A stretch of 64,000 bases of DNA from Candidatus Levyibacteriota bacterium (GTDB taxonomy: Bacteria > Patescibacteriota > Microgenomatia > Levybacterales > UBA12049): the NCBI GenBank assembly GCA_016214555.1, contig JACROF010000012.1, positions 203,485 through 267,484 of the forward strand, given 5' to 3'. The translations under genes and the position numbers were made by a program. Positions 46,566 to 56,445 of this stretch are shown piece after piece; within the stretch, counting starts at the first letter, position 1; each line of letters begins with the position of its first letter. The notes under the pieces are model-generated. The model saw only the letters and a list, made by a program, of their open reading frames with translations. It searched no databases and was not told the origin of the DNA.

Positions 46566-48781
46566 AAAAAGACATTATTTGGATCGTATTATTATTCATT
46601 GTTATCTTATTTTTTTTCAAACCAATTTTTCTTAATCAAGTTCCAATACCAGCAGATACGCTAGTCAATCTTTTTCATCCGTTTAGAGACCTGTATGAAT
46701 CTGATTTTCCACGAGGGGTACCTTATAAAAATCCTTTAGTTGGGGATCCTGTTTTGCAGCAGATACCATGGAGAGAGTTATCGATAGATATTCTCAAAAA
46801 GGGAGAACTCCCTCTTTGGAATCCTTACCAGATGGCTGGTTATCCACTATCGCAAAATATTCAAAGTGCATCATTCTACCCACTCAATATTATTTTTTTC
46901 CTTCTACCATTCATAGATGCTTGGTCGATATACATTATTTTGCAAGTTATTTTAGGAGGGGTATATATGTATTTGTATCTGAGAAATCAAAGAATATCTA
47001 CTCAAGGAGCATTTTTTGGGAGTATTGCATTTTCTTTTTCAGGATTTAGTGTTTCGTGGCTTGAATGGGGGGTTGTTGGCCACACGGCGCTGTGGGCACC
47101 TCTCCTGTTGCTTTCAGTTGATAAATTTTTTGAGCAGCAGAAATATCGATGGCTTTTTATATTATTAGTTGGTCTTACATGTTCAGCTCTCGGTGGTCAC
47201 CTCCAGACATACATTTATGTAATAGCACTTTTTTGTGCGTATGTTTTATATAGAACTTCATTTTTAAGAAAATATGTACGTGAGTTTTTTTATGTGGTTC
47301 TAGTATTTATCTTATCAGCATTGCTTCTTTCTCCCGTGCTGTTTGGCCAAATGCAATTTATTCTTATATCTGCAAGAAATATCGATCAGTCCTGGAGTGA
47401 ATTAGGATGGTTTATACCACTACAAAATTTGATTCAATTTGTTGCGCCAAATTTTTTTGGAAATCCTGCAACAGGTAATTATTGGGGTATCTGGAATTAT
47501 GGAGAATTTATTGGATATATTGGAGTGATCCCTTTCTTTTTTGTTATTTTTGCATTATTTCATAAAGTAAAAGATTATCTTTTTTGGCTGACCATACTCA
47601 TTTTTGTATTTATTTTTGCATTTGATACTCAAATAGCTCGTATTCCTTACCAGCTGTCTATTCCATTTTTGTCTTCAGCACAGCCGACAAGACTAATTTT
47701 TCTTGCAGATGTTGCTTTGTGTATTTTGGCTGCAAAAGGGTTTGAAATGTTAATAATGCAAAAGAGAAATGTACTAGCTCCAATACTCTTTTTTAGTGGA
47801 ACTTTTCTTCTTGTTTTTCTTTATAGTTTTTTTGGACAAAAGTTAGGAGTAATTTCAGAAGAAAACATGAAGATAGCACTAAAAAACTTCATTATACCGT
47901 TGATACTTTTATTTTCGATAATTATACTTTTTGTAGCTAATTTTTACATCAAATATATTTCAAAACATATTGTTATTTTTGTTATATTGCTCATTACAGT
48001 AGTAGATCTATTATTTTTTGCACAAAAATACACACCATTTACAACAAAAGAATATTTTTATCCATATTCCAAAACAATTACTTACTTAACTTCGCAAAAA
48101 GAATTGTTTAGAATAATGACTACTGACAGAAGTATTCTTCACCCAAATATAGCAACATTTTACCGTATTCAGTCTATTGATGGATATGACCCTTTGTATA
48201 TACAGAGGCTTGGTGAATTTATGATCGCTATTGATAGAAATGAACCAAATATTACCCCTCCCTTTGGATATAATAGAATTGTTCATAAAGGGTATAGACA
48301 ATCCCCGTTTTATGACCTATTAGGAGTAAAGTACATTTTAAGTCTTACTGATCTAAAAGAAAAAACTTTGAAGAAGGTTTATCAAGAAGGAGAGACAAGA
48401 GTGTACGAGAATCGTAATGCTTTTCCAAGAGCATTTTTTGTAGGTGCGGTTGCACATGCATTAACAAAAGATGATGCAATTCAAATGATTTTTGACAAAA
48501 AAAATCTGCTTAAAGATGTAGGGGTTGTCGAAGGAAAGAATATTTCAGGAAAGTATTCAGTCGGTAAAGTTTTGATTGATTCATACACAGAAAATAAAAT
48601 TGTAATAACTACGAACAATGAAGGTGAGGGTTTTTTGGTTCTTACAGACACACACTATCCTTCCTGGTCAGTGTTGATAGATGGTGAAAAGTCATCGATA
48701 ATCTTAACAGATTTTGCTTTTAGGGGAGTAGTTGTTCCAAAGGGGGTACATAAGATAGAATTCATTAATAAGCTACTATGA
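46562..48781 (+). CDS. YfhO-family GT-C membrane glycosyltransferase (long form)
   Basis: N-terminal PLVGDPVLQQIPWREL....GELPLWNPYQMAGYPL resembles the YfhO signature region as I recall it. ~13 TM. C-terminal HYPSWSVLIDGEKS motif shared with family A. Start set to the Met overlapping the upstream stop (ATGA); the ORF track starts at 46532. Confidence 0.55.
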   Translation: MKKDIIWIVLLFIVILFFFKPIFLNQVPIPADTLVNLFHPFRDLYESDFPRGVPYKNPLVGDPVLQQIPWRELSIDILKKGELPLWNPYQMAGYPLSQNIQSASFYPLNIIFFLLPFIDAWSIYIILQVILGGVYMYLYLRNQRISTQGAFFGSIAFSFSGFSVSWLEWGVVGHTALWAPLLLLSVDKFFEQQKYRWLFILLVGLTCSALGGHLQTYIYVIALFCAYVLYRTSFLRKYVREFFYVVLVFILSALLLSPVLFGQMQFILISARNIDQSWSELGWFIPLQNLIQFVAPNFFGNPATGNYWGIWNYGEFIGYIGVIPFFFVIFALFHKVKDYLFWLTILIFVFIFAFDTQIARIPYQLSIPFLSSAQPTRLIFLADVALCILAAKGFEMLIMQKRNVLAPILFFSGTFLLVFLYSFFGQKLGVISEENMKIALKNFIIPLILLFSIIILFVANFYIKYISKHIVIFVILLITVVDLLFFAQKYTPFTTKEYFYPYSKTITYLTSQKELFRIMTTDRSILHPNIATFYRIQSIDGYDPLYIQRLGEFMIAIDRNEPNITPPFGYNRIVHKGYRQSPFYDLLGVKYILSLTDLKEKTLKKVYQEGETRVYENRNAFPRAFFVGAVAHALTKDDAIQMIFDKKNLLKDVGVVEGKNISGKYSVGKVLIDSYTENKIVITTNNEGEGFLVLTDTHYPSWSVLIDGEKSSIILTDFAFRGVVVPKGVHKIEFINKLL

Positions 48782-49728
48782 AAATTAGTATTGTTGTTCC
48801 AAATTACAATGGCGTAAAGTTAATTAAAGAAAATCTTCCTTTAGTCGTAAGCTCTTTGGTTTATTTTCGAAATAAGACCAACCATAATGTTGAATTAGTT
48901 GTCGTTGATGATGCATCCTCTGATGAGAGTGTGGAGTTTCTCAACTATTTTCAAAATAGAACAAAAGCCATAGATGTAATTATTGAAGTTAATAAAATTA
49001 ATAAAGGCTTTTCTCCAACAGTGAATATTGGTGTTAAAAAGTCTACTGGAGATATCGTGGTTTTGTTGAATTCAGATGTGATTCCAAGTGAGGATTTTCT
49101 TATTCCGCTTGTTAAACACTTTAGTAACGAAAATATTTTTGCAGCTGCATGTATGGATAAAAGTATTGAGGATGGGAAAACAGTTCTAAGAGGAAGAGGA
49201 GTAGGTCATTGGAAAAATGGTTTTTTGGCTCATAAAATGGGGGATCTAGAAAAGAAGAATACGTTATGGGCAAGCGGTGGAAGTAGTGCTTTTAGTAAAA
49301 AAATATGGAACAAGATTGGAGGATTATGTGAATTGTATGCCCCTTATTATTGGGAAGATATTGATTTATCATATCGAGCCTTAAAGTGTGGTTTTGAAGT
49401 TGTGTTTGAAAAGGAGAGTATTGTTATTCATAAACATGAAGAAGGGTCAATTAAAAAAAGCCAGTCTAAGCAAAAAGTTAATAAAATAGTTAATAGAAAT
49501 CAGCATATTTTTACATTGTTGAATGCGACAGATAAGAAAATTTTAGTTGAATATATTATTAATTTTCCATTATTTTTCCTTCGTGGAATTAAGAACAAAG
49601 ATACCTCGTATCTTTCTGGAACATTTATGATGATTGCTATACTTCCTCAAATATTATCGGCAAGAAAAACATTTCAGCATATGATGAGGAAATCTGATGC
49701 AGAAATTATTTCATCATTTGATAATTAA
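48778..49728 (+). CDS. GT2 family glycosyltransferase
   Basis: ISIVVPNYNG, VVVDDASSDES, NSD motifs; 316 aa. Confidence 0.8.
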   Translation: MKISIVVPNYNGVKLIKENLPLVVSSLVYFRNKTNHNVELVVVDDASSDESVEFLNYFQNRTKAIDVIIEVNKINKGFSPTVNIGVKKSTGDIVVLLNSDVIPSEDFLIPLVKHFSNENIFAAACMDKSIEDGKTVLRGRGVGHWKNGFLAHKMGDLEKKNTLWASGGSSAFSKKIWNKIGGLCELYAPYYWEDIDLSYRALKCGFEVVFEKESIVIHKHEEGSIKKSQSKQKVNKIVNRNQHIFTLLNATDKKILVEYIINFPLFFLRGIKNKDTSYLSGTFMMIAILPQILSARKTFQHMMRKSDAEIISSFDN

Positions 49729-49739
49729 TTATTTATAAC

Positions 49740-51413
49740 GTGGAAACAAAACTTTTTTCTGTTTTTCATAATAAATTTCTTCTTGTCTGCATCATCGTTC
49801 TTTCACTCATTGTTCATTTTTATCAGATTAATAAAATTCCTGCGTCGTTGTATTGGGATGAAGTTGCTGTTGGTTATAATGCATACTCTATTCTCCATAC
49901 TGGGAGAGATGAGTATGGAAATAAGTTCCCAATTCTTTTTGAATCTTATCATGATCTAAAGATGCCTGTTTTTGTATATCTATCTACTGTTAGCATTGCT
50001 GTTCTTGGGTTAAACGAACTTGCAATCAGATTCCCTTCCGCATTTTTTGGAGTCATTGGAGTTATTTTTTTGTATTTTCTTATTAAGAATTTAGATTTTA
50101 GAGATCAAAATGAAAAAACATACCTTGCATTGCTTTCAGCTTTTTTTCTAGCAATATCCCCTTGGCATATCATTTTTTCAAGAACTGGGTACGAGGCAAA
50201 TATTGCTTTAACCCTATTGATTATAGGATTTTATTTTTTCTATAAAGGATTAAGGCAATCATGGTATTTTTTAATATCAGCAATTTTTTATGTCGTAGCA
50301 TGTTATTGCTATAGAAGTTCATTGATTTTTGTCCCATTTTTTGTGACCTTTTTAACTGTTCATTTTTTTTCTGATTTAAAAAAAATAGAACTCAAGCAAT
50401 TATTGTTTTCAATTGTTTTTTTTATTTTTTTACTTTTGCCGCTCGTATCAGTACTCGCAAAGGGAGGCGACACTCGATTTTCACAGGTTAGTATTTTCTC
50501 AAATGTTAGTGATAAATCTATTGCCAATAATCAAAAAATGATTGAAAGTGGAAATGCCCTGTTTGCTAAGTTGATTTTTAATAGACGAATGGTGTATGTC
50601 AATGAGGCTTTAACTGGTTATTTTTCGCATTTCAGGCCAGATTTTCTATTTGTGTCAGGAGATGGGAACTTAAGACATACAGTTAGAGGAGCAGGACTTC
50701 TATATTTGTGGCAATTACCACTATTGATATTAGGAATACCATTTCTTCTTAAAAAAAACAGAAAATTTACAATAAGCATGATTGTGTGGTTATTAATCTC
50801 TCCTGTGAGCGCTAGCCTTGCTTTGCCAGTACCTCATGCTCTTCGTGTTATGCCGATGGTTGTTCCTCTTGTTGTTTTTAGCGCTGCAGGACTGCTGTCA
50901 ATTTTTTCTCTTTTAAAAAATACAAAGATCGTATATCTATTTAAGCTGGCTTCATTTTTTGTAATTTTTTTATCTTTTATAACTTTTTTAAAATTGTACT
51001 ATGTTCATAACACACAGATTTCCAATAGTGAATGGGGAGATGGCTACAAACAATTGGTGCAAAGAATAGGTGCGATAAGCAATAAATATGATAAAGTGAT
51101 AATTTCAGGTCATTATTGGCAACCATACATGTATGCACTGTTTTATTTAAGATTTGATCCTGCTTTATATCAGGAACACGGGACATCTGTTGCCTTTGAT
51201 AAATATATTTTCGGGGGAACAGACTGGGATAAAAGAGTGGGGAGGAGTGAGCTTGGCAATGTGGACTTAAGGAATTATGCGGGAAGAGCGAAAAATATTC
51301 TAGTTGCACTATCTCCTCAGGAGTATATAGCTCAACAAGACAAGGTGAAAAAAATTGACGAAGTAAAAGATTCAAATGGAAAAGTTGTATTTATACTCGC
51401 ATATTTAAATTAA
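49740..51413 (+). CDS. PMT_2/ArnT-like GT-C glycosyltransferase, WDE-family paralog 2 of 4
   Basis: LYWDEVAVGYNAYSILHTGRDEYGNKFP first-loop motif; GTG start per the ORF track. Tandem with 51435 and 53054. Confidence 0.65.
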   Translation: METKLFSVFHNKFLLVCIIVLSLIVHFYQINKIPASLYWDEVAVGYNAYSILHTGRDEYGNKFPILFESYHDLKMPVFVYLSTVSIAVLGLNELAIRFPSAFFGVIGVIFLYFLIKNLDFRDQNEKTYLALLSAFFLAISPWHIIFSRTGYEANIALTLLIIGFYFFYKGLRQSWYFLISAIFYVVACYCYRSSLIFVPFFVTFLTVHFFSDLKKIELKQLLFSIVFFIFLLLPLVSVLAKGGDTRFSQVSIFSNVSDKSIANNQKMIESGNALFAKLIFNRRMVYVNEALTGYFSHFRPDFLFVSGDGNLRHTVRGAGLLYLWQLPLLILGIPFLLKKNRKFTISMIVWLLISPVSASLALPVPHALRVMPMVVPLVVFSAAGLLSIFSLLKNTKIVYLFKLASFFVIFLSFITFLKLYYVHNTQISNSEWGDGYKQLVQRIGAISNKYDKVIISGHYWQPYMYALFYLRFDPALYQEHGTSVAFDKYIFGGTDWDKRVGRSELGNVDLRNYAGRAKNILVALSPQEYIAQQDKVKKIDEVKDSNGKVVFILAYLN

Positions 51414-51434
51414 TCTGTTTGTTATACTAAGAAT

Positions 51435-53057
51435 GTGAGAAAAAATGTTGTATTTTTATTGTTAATTGTTTTTTTGGGTGGATTATTGCGTTTTTGGGGC
51501 TTAACTAATGTTCCACCGAGTCTTTATTGGGACGAAGTGTCTCAAGGTTATAATGCCTATTCTATTCTAAAGACTGGAAAAGACGAACATCAAGAAAGTT
51601 TTCCAATCACGCGGTTCCAAGCATTTGGTGACAATAAAGCTCCAGTAAACATTTATCTCACAGTTATTTCACTTGGAATGTTTGGGAAAAATGATTTTTC
51701 AGTAAGATTTCCATCAGCATTTTTGGGAACAATGACAATAGTAATGACGTTTTTTTTGGTAAAATTTCTTTTTTACTACGAAAAAGAGAAAGATTTGCTT
51801 GCACTCGTTTCCTCACTTTTCCTTGCTATATCTCCTTGGCATATTCAATTATCCCGTGCTGCGTATGAAGGAAACATTGCGACGTTTTTTACGGTAGCAG
51901 CATTAGCATTGTTTTTTGTGTCACTTGTAAAAAACAAATGGTATTTTTTAGGAAGTGTAATTTGCTTTGTTTTAGCATTTTATTCATTTAATGCGCATCG
52001 GGTATTTATCCCCATTATAGTTTTATTTATTGGGTTGCTGTATTGGAAAAATATCCTAAAGAAAAAGAAAGTCTTTTTTATTAGCATAACTACAGGTATT
52101 TTGTTGCTGCTGCCATTCCTTTTCTATTTACAAACCCCAGAAAGCAGATTGAGATTTAATGAAGTTAATATTTTTTCAGATATTGGAGTAATCGAACAGT
52201 CTAATAAATTACTTGCGAATGATACTGTGTCAATCTTGAAAGTATTTGATAATAGAAGAGTATTATTTTTAGAATCATATTTTAAACATTATTTTGATTT
52301 TTATAACCCTGTATATTTATTTATCAAAGGAGATGTTAATCCCAGATTCTCAGATCAGTTTAATGGAGAGTTGTATTTGTGGATTTTACCTTTATTGTTA
52401 ATAGGTTTTTATGGTCTCTATCTTAGGAAATCTCGAGTTGCATTATTTATAGTTGGATGGTTTTTGATTGCTCCACTTGCAGCAGCAACTGCAAGAGAGA
52501 CGCCTCATGCGCTTCGGAGTGAGACCTTTATTCCTGTTTTTGAGATCATTTCTGGTGTGGGTGTGCTCTCATTTTTTTCATCTATCAAGACGCACAGAAG
52601 TGTTTATAGAACTTCAGTATTATTTGGGTGTTTTATCATCGTTTTTTCTTTATACGCATTTTTTCATAACTATTTTTCTCATAATTCCAAACTTAATTCT
52701 TATGATTGGCAGTACGGATATAGACAGGCAATTGAGTATGTTGAGAGCGTAAAGAAAGATTACAACAAGATTTATTTTACCAATACGTATGGTAGGCCCT
52801 CAATATATGTTGCATGGTACTCAAACATTTCTCCTCAAGAGTATTGGAGGGGGATACGTACCGTTAAGGATTCGGTTGGATTTTATAACACCCCTCAGCT
52901 CAATAATTATTTTTTTGTAAATGAATTTCCACAAAACATTGATAATAAAACTATTATTGTAACTGAGCAATCAAAAAAATTAAAAGACGTAAGTATTCTT
53001 AAAACAGTAAATTTTTTAAATGGTGATCCAGCTTTTGTTATTGCAAAGGGGAAATGA
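51435..53057 (+). CDS. PMT_2/ArnT-like GT-C glycosyltransferase, WDE-family paralog 3 of 4
   Basis: LYWDEVSQGYNAYSILKTGKDEHQESFP; GTG start; same architecture and C-terminal W..GY motif as its neighbours. Confidence 0.65.
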   Translation: MRKNVVFLLLIVFLGGLLRFWGLTNVPPSLYWDEVSQGYNAYSILKTGKDEHQESFPITRFQAFGDNKAPVNIYLTVISLGMFGKNDFSVRFPSAFLGTMTIVMTFFLVKFLFYYEKEKDLLALVSSLFLAISPWHIQLSRAAYEGNIATFFTVAALALFFVSLVKNKWYFLGSVICFVLAFYSFNAHRVFIPIIVLFIGLLYWKNILKKKKVFFISITTGILLLLPFLFYLQTPESRLRFNEVNIFSDIGVIEQSNKLLANDTVSILKVFDNRRVLFLESYFKHYFDFYNPVYLFIKGDVNPRFSDQFNGELYLWILPLLLIGFYGLYLRKSRVALFIVGWFLIAPLAAATARETPHALRSETFIPVFEIISGVGVLSFFSSIKTHRSVYRTSVLFGCFIIVFSLYAFFHNYFSHNSKLNSYDWQYGYRQAIEYVESVKKDYNKIYFTNTYGRPSIYVAWYSNISPQEYWRGIRTVKDSVGFYNTPQLNNYFFVNEFPQNIDNKTIIVTEQSKKLKDVSILKTVNFLNGDPAFVIAKGK

Positions 53058-54661
53058 TGAAAAAAAACTTAATCTTACTTACTATTATTGTTTTCTTGGG
53101 AGTTTTTATAAGATTTTATCAATTAGGTAGTGTGCCTCTTTCGTTAAATTGGGATGAGGTGTCAATAGGATACAACGCTTACTCAATTCTCCATTCAGGA
53201 AAAGACGAATACGGCACAACTTATCCTCTCACATTTCGTTCATTTGGAGATTATAAACAGCCAGTTTATATATATCTTAGTACTATTCCTATTAAATTTC
53301 TTGGTTTAAACGAAGTATCTGTAAGATTTCTTTCTTCGTTTATGGGATCAATAAGCGTTATTTTTGTGTACCTCTTAGTAAGAGAGTTATTTTATAAATC
53401 AAAAAACAAAGAAACATTTGCAATTTTTTCTACAGGATTATATGCAATTTCTCCTTGGTCAGTACAGTTTAGTCGATTTGCATCAGAGGCTAATGTTGGT
53501 ATGTGTCTTGTTATCGGTGGAGCATTTTTATTTTTATATGCAATAAGAAAAAATAATCTTTTTTACCTATTACTCTCAGCAATCATTTTTACTTTTAGTA
53601 TGTATACATACCATAGTCAAAAAGTATTTACCCCTTTTCTTGTTTGCATTCTATTTGTTATTCATTTCCGATATTTATTAAAAAATAGAGTAAAAACGTT
53701 GTTGTTTATTGTTCTTTTCATTCTTTTAAATTTATTTTGGATTGTTGATCCCTCATCCACAGCAAGAGGGAAAAGTGTATTGATAACATCAGGACAGACG
53801 CAACTTCTCGAAAATCCAATTAAATATGGATATCAAGACAAACAAAGTGGAGACGTTATTGGTGCAATTCTTCACAATAGGAGAGCGGTCTATCTGCAAG
53901 TCTTCCTAAAAAATTACCTTTCACACTTTGACCCATCATTCCTCTTTTTGGAGGGAGATAACGCGAGACACCATGCTCCTTATATGGGAGTTGAATATTT
54001 AATAACTCTTCCATTTATCGTTATTGGGTTGTTGCATTTATGGAGAAATTACCGCTTTCAAGCGAAATTTTTATCTGCATGGTTAATTGTCGCGCCAATT
54101 ACGTCATCATTAGCAATTGATTCTCCAAATGCAATAAGAAGTATGATGTTTCTTCCAATACTTCAAATATTTGGTGCTTTTGGCATATGGAGCATGTATC
54201 AACAGTTGAAGTATCGTATGAAAAAAATAATTATTTTATTAATTATTGTTGGATATTTAGTGAATTTTTCCTACTATCTCCATCATTACTTTAATCACAC
54301 AAATCTTCTCTATGCGAGATATTGGCAGTTTGGTTATAAAGAAGCTGTTTTGAAAGCTACATCGATTAAAGACATCCCTGTTGTTTTTGCTCCCGATATT
54401 GAACAAGGCTACGTATTTTATCTTTTTTATTCACAGCAAAATCCATCTAAATACCTAGAGAAAAATGGATCAGACATGGCAAGTGATAAGTGTTTTGGCA
54501 TAGAGAATAAATACTTTGGCAACTGCCTTGATCAGTTTGATAAAGGATATTATGTTTCTTCAAAGCCACTTCCACAAACGTTGAATAGTGAAAGTAATGA
54601 GATGATTAGCTATCCTGATAAAACAACAGCAGTTACTTTGTATCGATTTACTAAAAAATAA
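53054..54661 (+). CDS. PMT_2/ArnT-like GT-C glycosyltransferase, WDE-family paralog 4 of 4
   Basis: LNWDEVSIGYNAYSILHSGKDEYGTTYP; 4-nt overlap with the upstream paralog. Confidence 0.65.
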   Translation: MMKKNLILLTIIVFLGVFIRFYQLGSVPLSLNWDEVSIGYNAYSILHSGKDEYGTTYPLTFRSFGDYKQPVYIYLSTIPIKFLGLNEVSVRFLSSFMGSISVIFVYLLVRELFYKSKNKETFAIFSTGLYAISPWSVQFSRFASEANVGMCLVIGGAFLFLYAIRKNNLFYLLLSAIIFTFSMYTYHSQKVFTPFLVCILFVIHFRYLLKNRVKTLLFIVLFILLNLFWIVDPSSTARGKSVLITSGQTQLLENPIKYGYQDKQSGDVIGAILHNRRAVYLQVFLKNYLSHFDPSFLFLEGDNARHHAPYMGVEYLITLPFIVIGLLHLWRNYRFQAKFLSAWLIVAPITSSLAIDSPNAIRSMMFLPILQIFGAFGIWSMYQQLKYRMKKIIILLIIVGYLVNFSYYLHHYFNHTNLLYARYWQFGYKEAVLKATSIKDIPVVFAPDIEQGYVFYLFYSQQNPSKYLEKNGSDMASDKCFGIENKYFGNCLDQFDKGYYVSSKPLPQTLNSESNEMISYPDKTTAVTLYRFTKK

Positions 54662-54700
54662 ACTGTTGCGAAGGGTGTATAAGTTATATACTATTTTTAT

Positions 54701-56443
54701 ATGCTAAATGTTAAGCGAATAAGGATTTTATCGAAAGCATATCAATGGCTTAAGAAAAATGATCACGCTGTTGTTTCGCTTTTTTTCTCCCTCGTCTTAG
54801 CCGTTCTTCTTGTGAATGCATTTCATGAAATGTACCCTGATGAGTTCGATAACATTTTGGGGGGATGGTATATAACTCATGGAGTTCCTATTTATACTGG
54901 TTTCTTTACTCACCATGGTCCAGTTGCCTATTTCATTTCGGCAGTTATTACACTAGTAACCCAGAATTCTTTTGTTGCATTTCGAATAGCTTTTGCTATT
55001 TTAGTTTTTTCTCACCTTGTCTGGTCCTATGTTTATTTGAGAAGAAAAGTTGGTAAAGATAGAAGCGTTTTCTATCTTGTATTTGTTGGAATAATAGCAC
55101 TTGCTGGGAATTATTACTGGTTACACATGATCCTTGCTGATACACTTGCAGCATATTTTTTAGCACCTGTTATTGCACTTTTATTAATCTCAAGCTACTT
55201 CAAACTAGCCTTAACAAGGAAAGATATGATCGTTATTTCGTTATTAACGTCAATGACAGTCTTGAGCTCACTTACTTTCCTTTTTTTGTCAATACTTATA
55301 TATCTATATAGTTGTTACTTTTATTTACGTTCAAATAGCATAAAGATTTTTTCTCGAAGAACAGGAGAGCTAGCTTTGATTTTTCTTGCTCCCTATTTTG
55401 TTTTTTTCGTATACCTCGTTGCAACAGCTAGTTTAAAAGAATATATATACCAAGGGTGGGTATTTAATCAAAAATATTATGTTTATAACTATCCACGTCC
55501 CGATGGGGTAACAAGAATTAACCCGATTCGTTATGCAGTTGTAATCGCTAATACATTTTATAACAGCTATTTCACACTTCTTGAACAAGTGAAGACTCTC
55601 AATATTGGTTTTCCTTTGAATATAACCCTTGCGTCAGGAACCTTTGGTACTGCATTATATTTTTTTATTAAAAAAAGATACCTGTTTGCAACAACTTTTC
55701 TTGGATTTTTGATATATGCAAATTCTCGAAGTGATCCATTAAATTCAAAAGAGACTGATTATCAATCTGCAGTTTATATCATGATAGCATTTATTGTTAT
55801 TCCTTTTATCCTCATTGAGATTTTTCGGAAGGTTGATGACAACAAAAGGCTTGGAGAGCGAATCGTTTCAATAGTACTGTTCTTAACTATTGGATTTTAT
55901 GCACTGTTTTCTTCTCTATTTTTATTTCAAAAATTTTTCAATAGAACATATGAGAAATATATGGGTTATGCTTCCCTTATTTATGATAGACCAGAAATTG
56001 CGCCAGTAATAAATAAAATTGTTGATGTGAATGAGCCTGTTTGGATTGGCCCCTTTGAGTTTAGAGAGCTATTGTATGTACATGGAAAACCTGCATCACA
56101 GTACCAAATTTTTATTCCAGGGATGGGTTATTCGCCTGAGATAAGAGGTAAATTTATTCAAGATTTTGAAAAAAGTAAACCTTCAATAATTTATTTTCAA
56201 AAAACATACTTTATCTTAGGAAGAAGTCCTGAGACGTATGGTCAATTTTTTCTTGACTATCTTAATTCACATTATATAACCCTTTTTGATTATAGAGATA
56301 ATGGAATTAGATATAGATCAACAGTGGCAAAATCAGATACCCTCGATTTAGAAGGAAGATTGTATATAAGGAAAGAGAAAGCAAGAGATGTTATTAGGAG
56401 AATGCTAGATCAGAAACTTGTTTATCCATCATCTGAGGAATAG
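54701..56443 (+). CDS. Polytopic membrane protein (580 aa), possible GT-C-type glycosyltransferase, unclassified
   Basis: ~12 TM. Early acidic loop motif (YPDEFDN) reminiscent of GT-C DE/DD motifs; C-terminal soluble domain. Confidence 0.35.
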   Translation: MLNVKRIRILSKAYQWLKKNDHAVVSLFFSLVLAVLLVNAFHEMYPDEFDNILGGWYITHGVPIYTGFFTHHGPVAYFISAVITLVTQNSFVAFRIAFAILVFSHLVWSYVYLRRKVGKDRSVFYLVFVGIIALAGNYYWLHMILADTLAAYFLAPVIALLLISSYFKLALTRKDMIVISLLTSMTVLSSLTFLFLSILIYLYSCYFYLRSNSIKIFSRRTGELALIFLAPYFVFFVYLVATASLKEYIYQGWVFNQKYYVYNYPRPDGVTRINPIRYAVVIANTFYNSYFTLLEQVKTLNIGFPLNITLASGTFGTALYFFIKKRYLFATTFLGFLIYANSRSDPLNSKETDYQSAVYIMIAFIVIPFILIEIFRKVDDNKRLGERIVSIVLFLTIGFYALFSSLFLFQKFFNRTYEKYMGYASLIYDRPEIAPVINKIVDVNEPVWIGPFEFRELLYVHGKPASQYQIFIPGMGYSPEIRGKFIQDFEKSKPSIIYFQKTYFILGRSPETYGQFFLDYLNSHYITLFDYRDNGIRYRSTVAKSDTLDLEGRLYIRKEKARDVIRRMLDQKLVYPSSEE

Positions 56444-56445
56444 AT

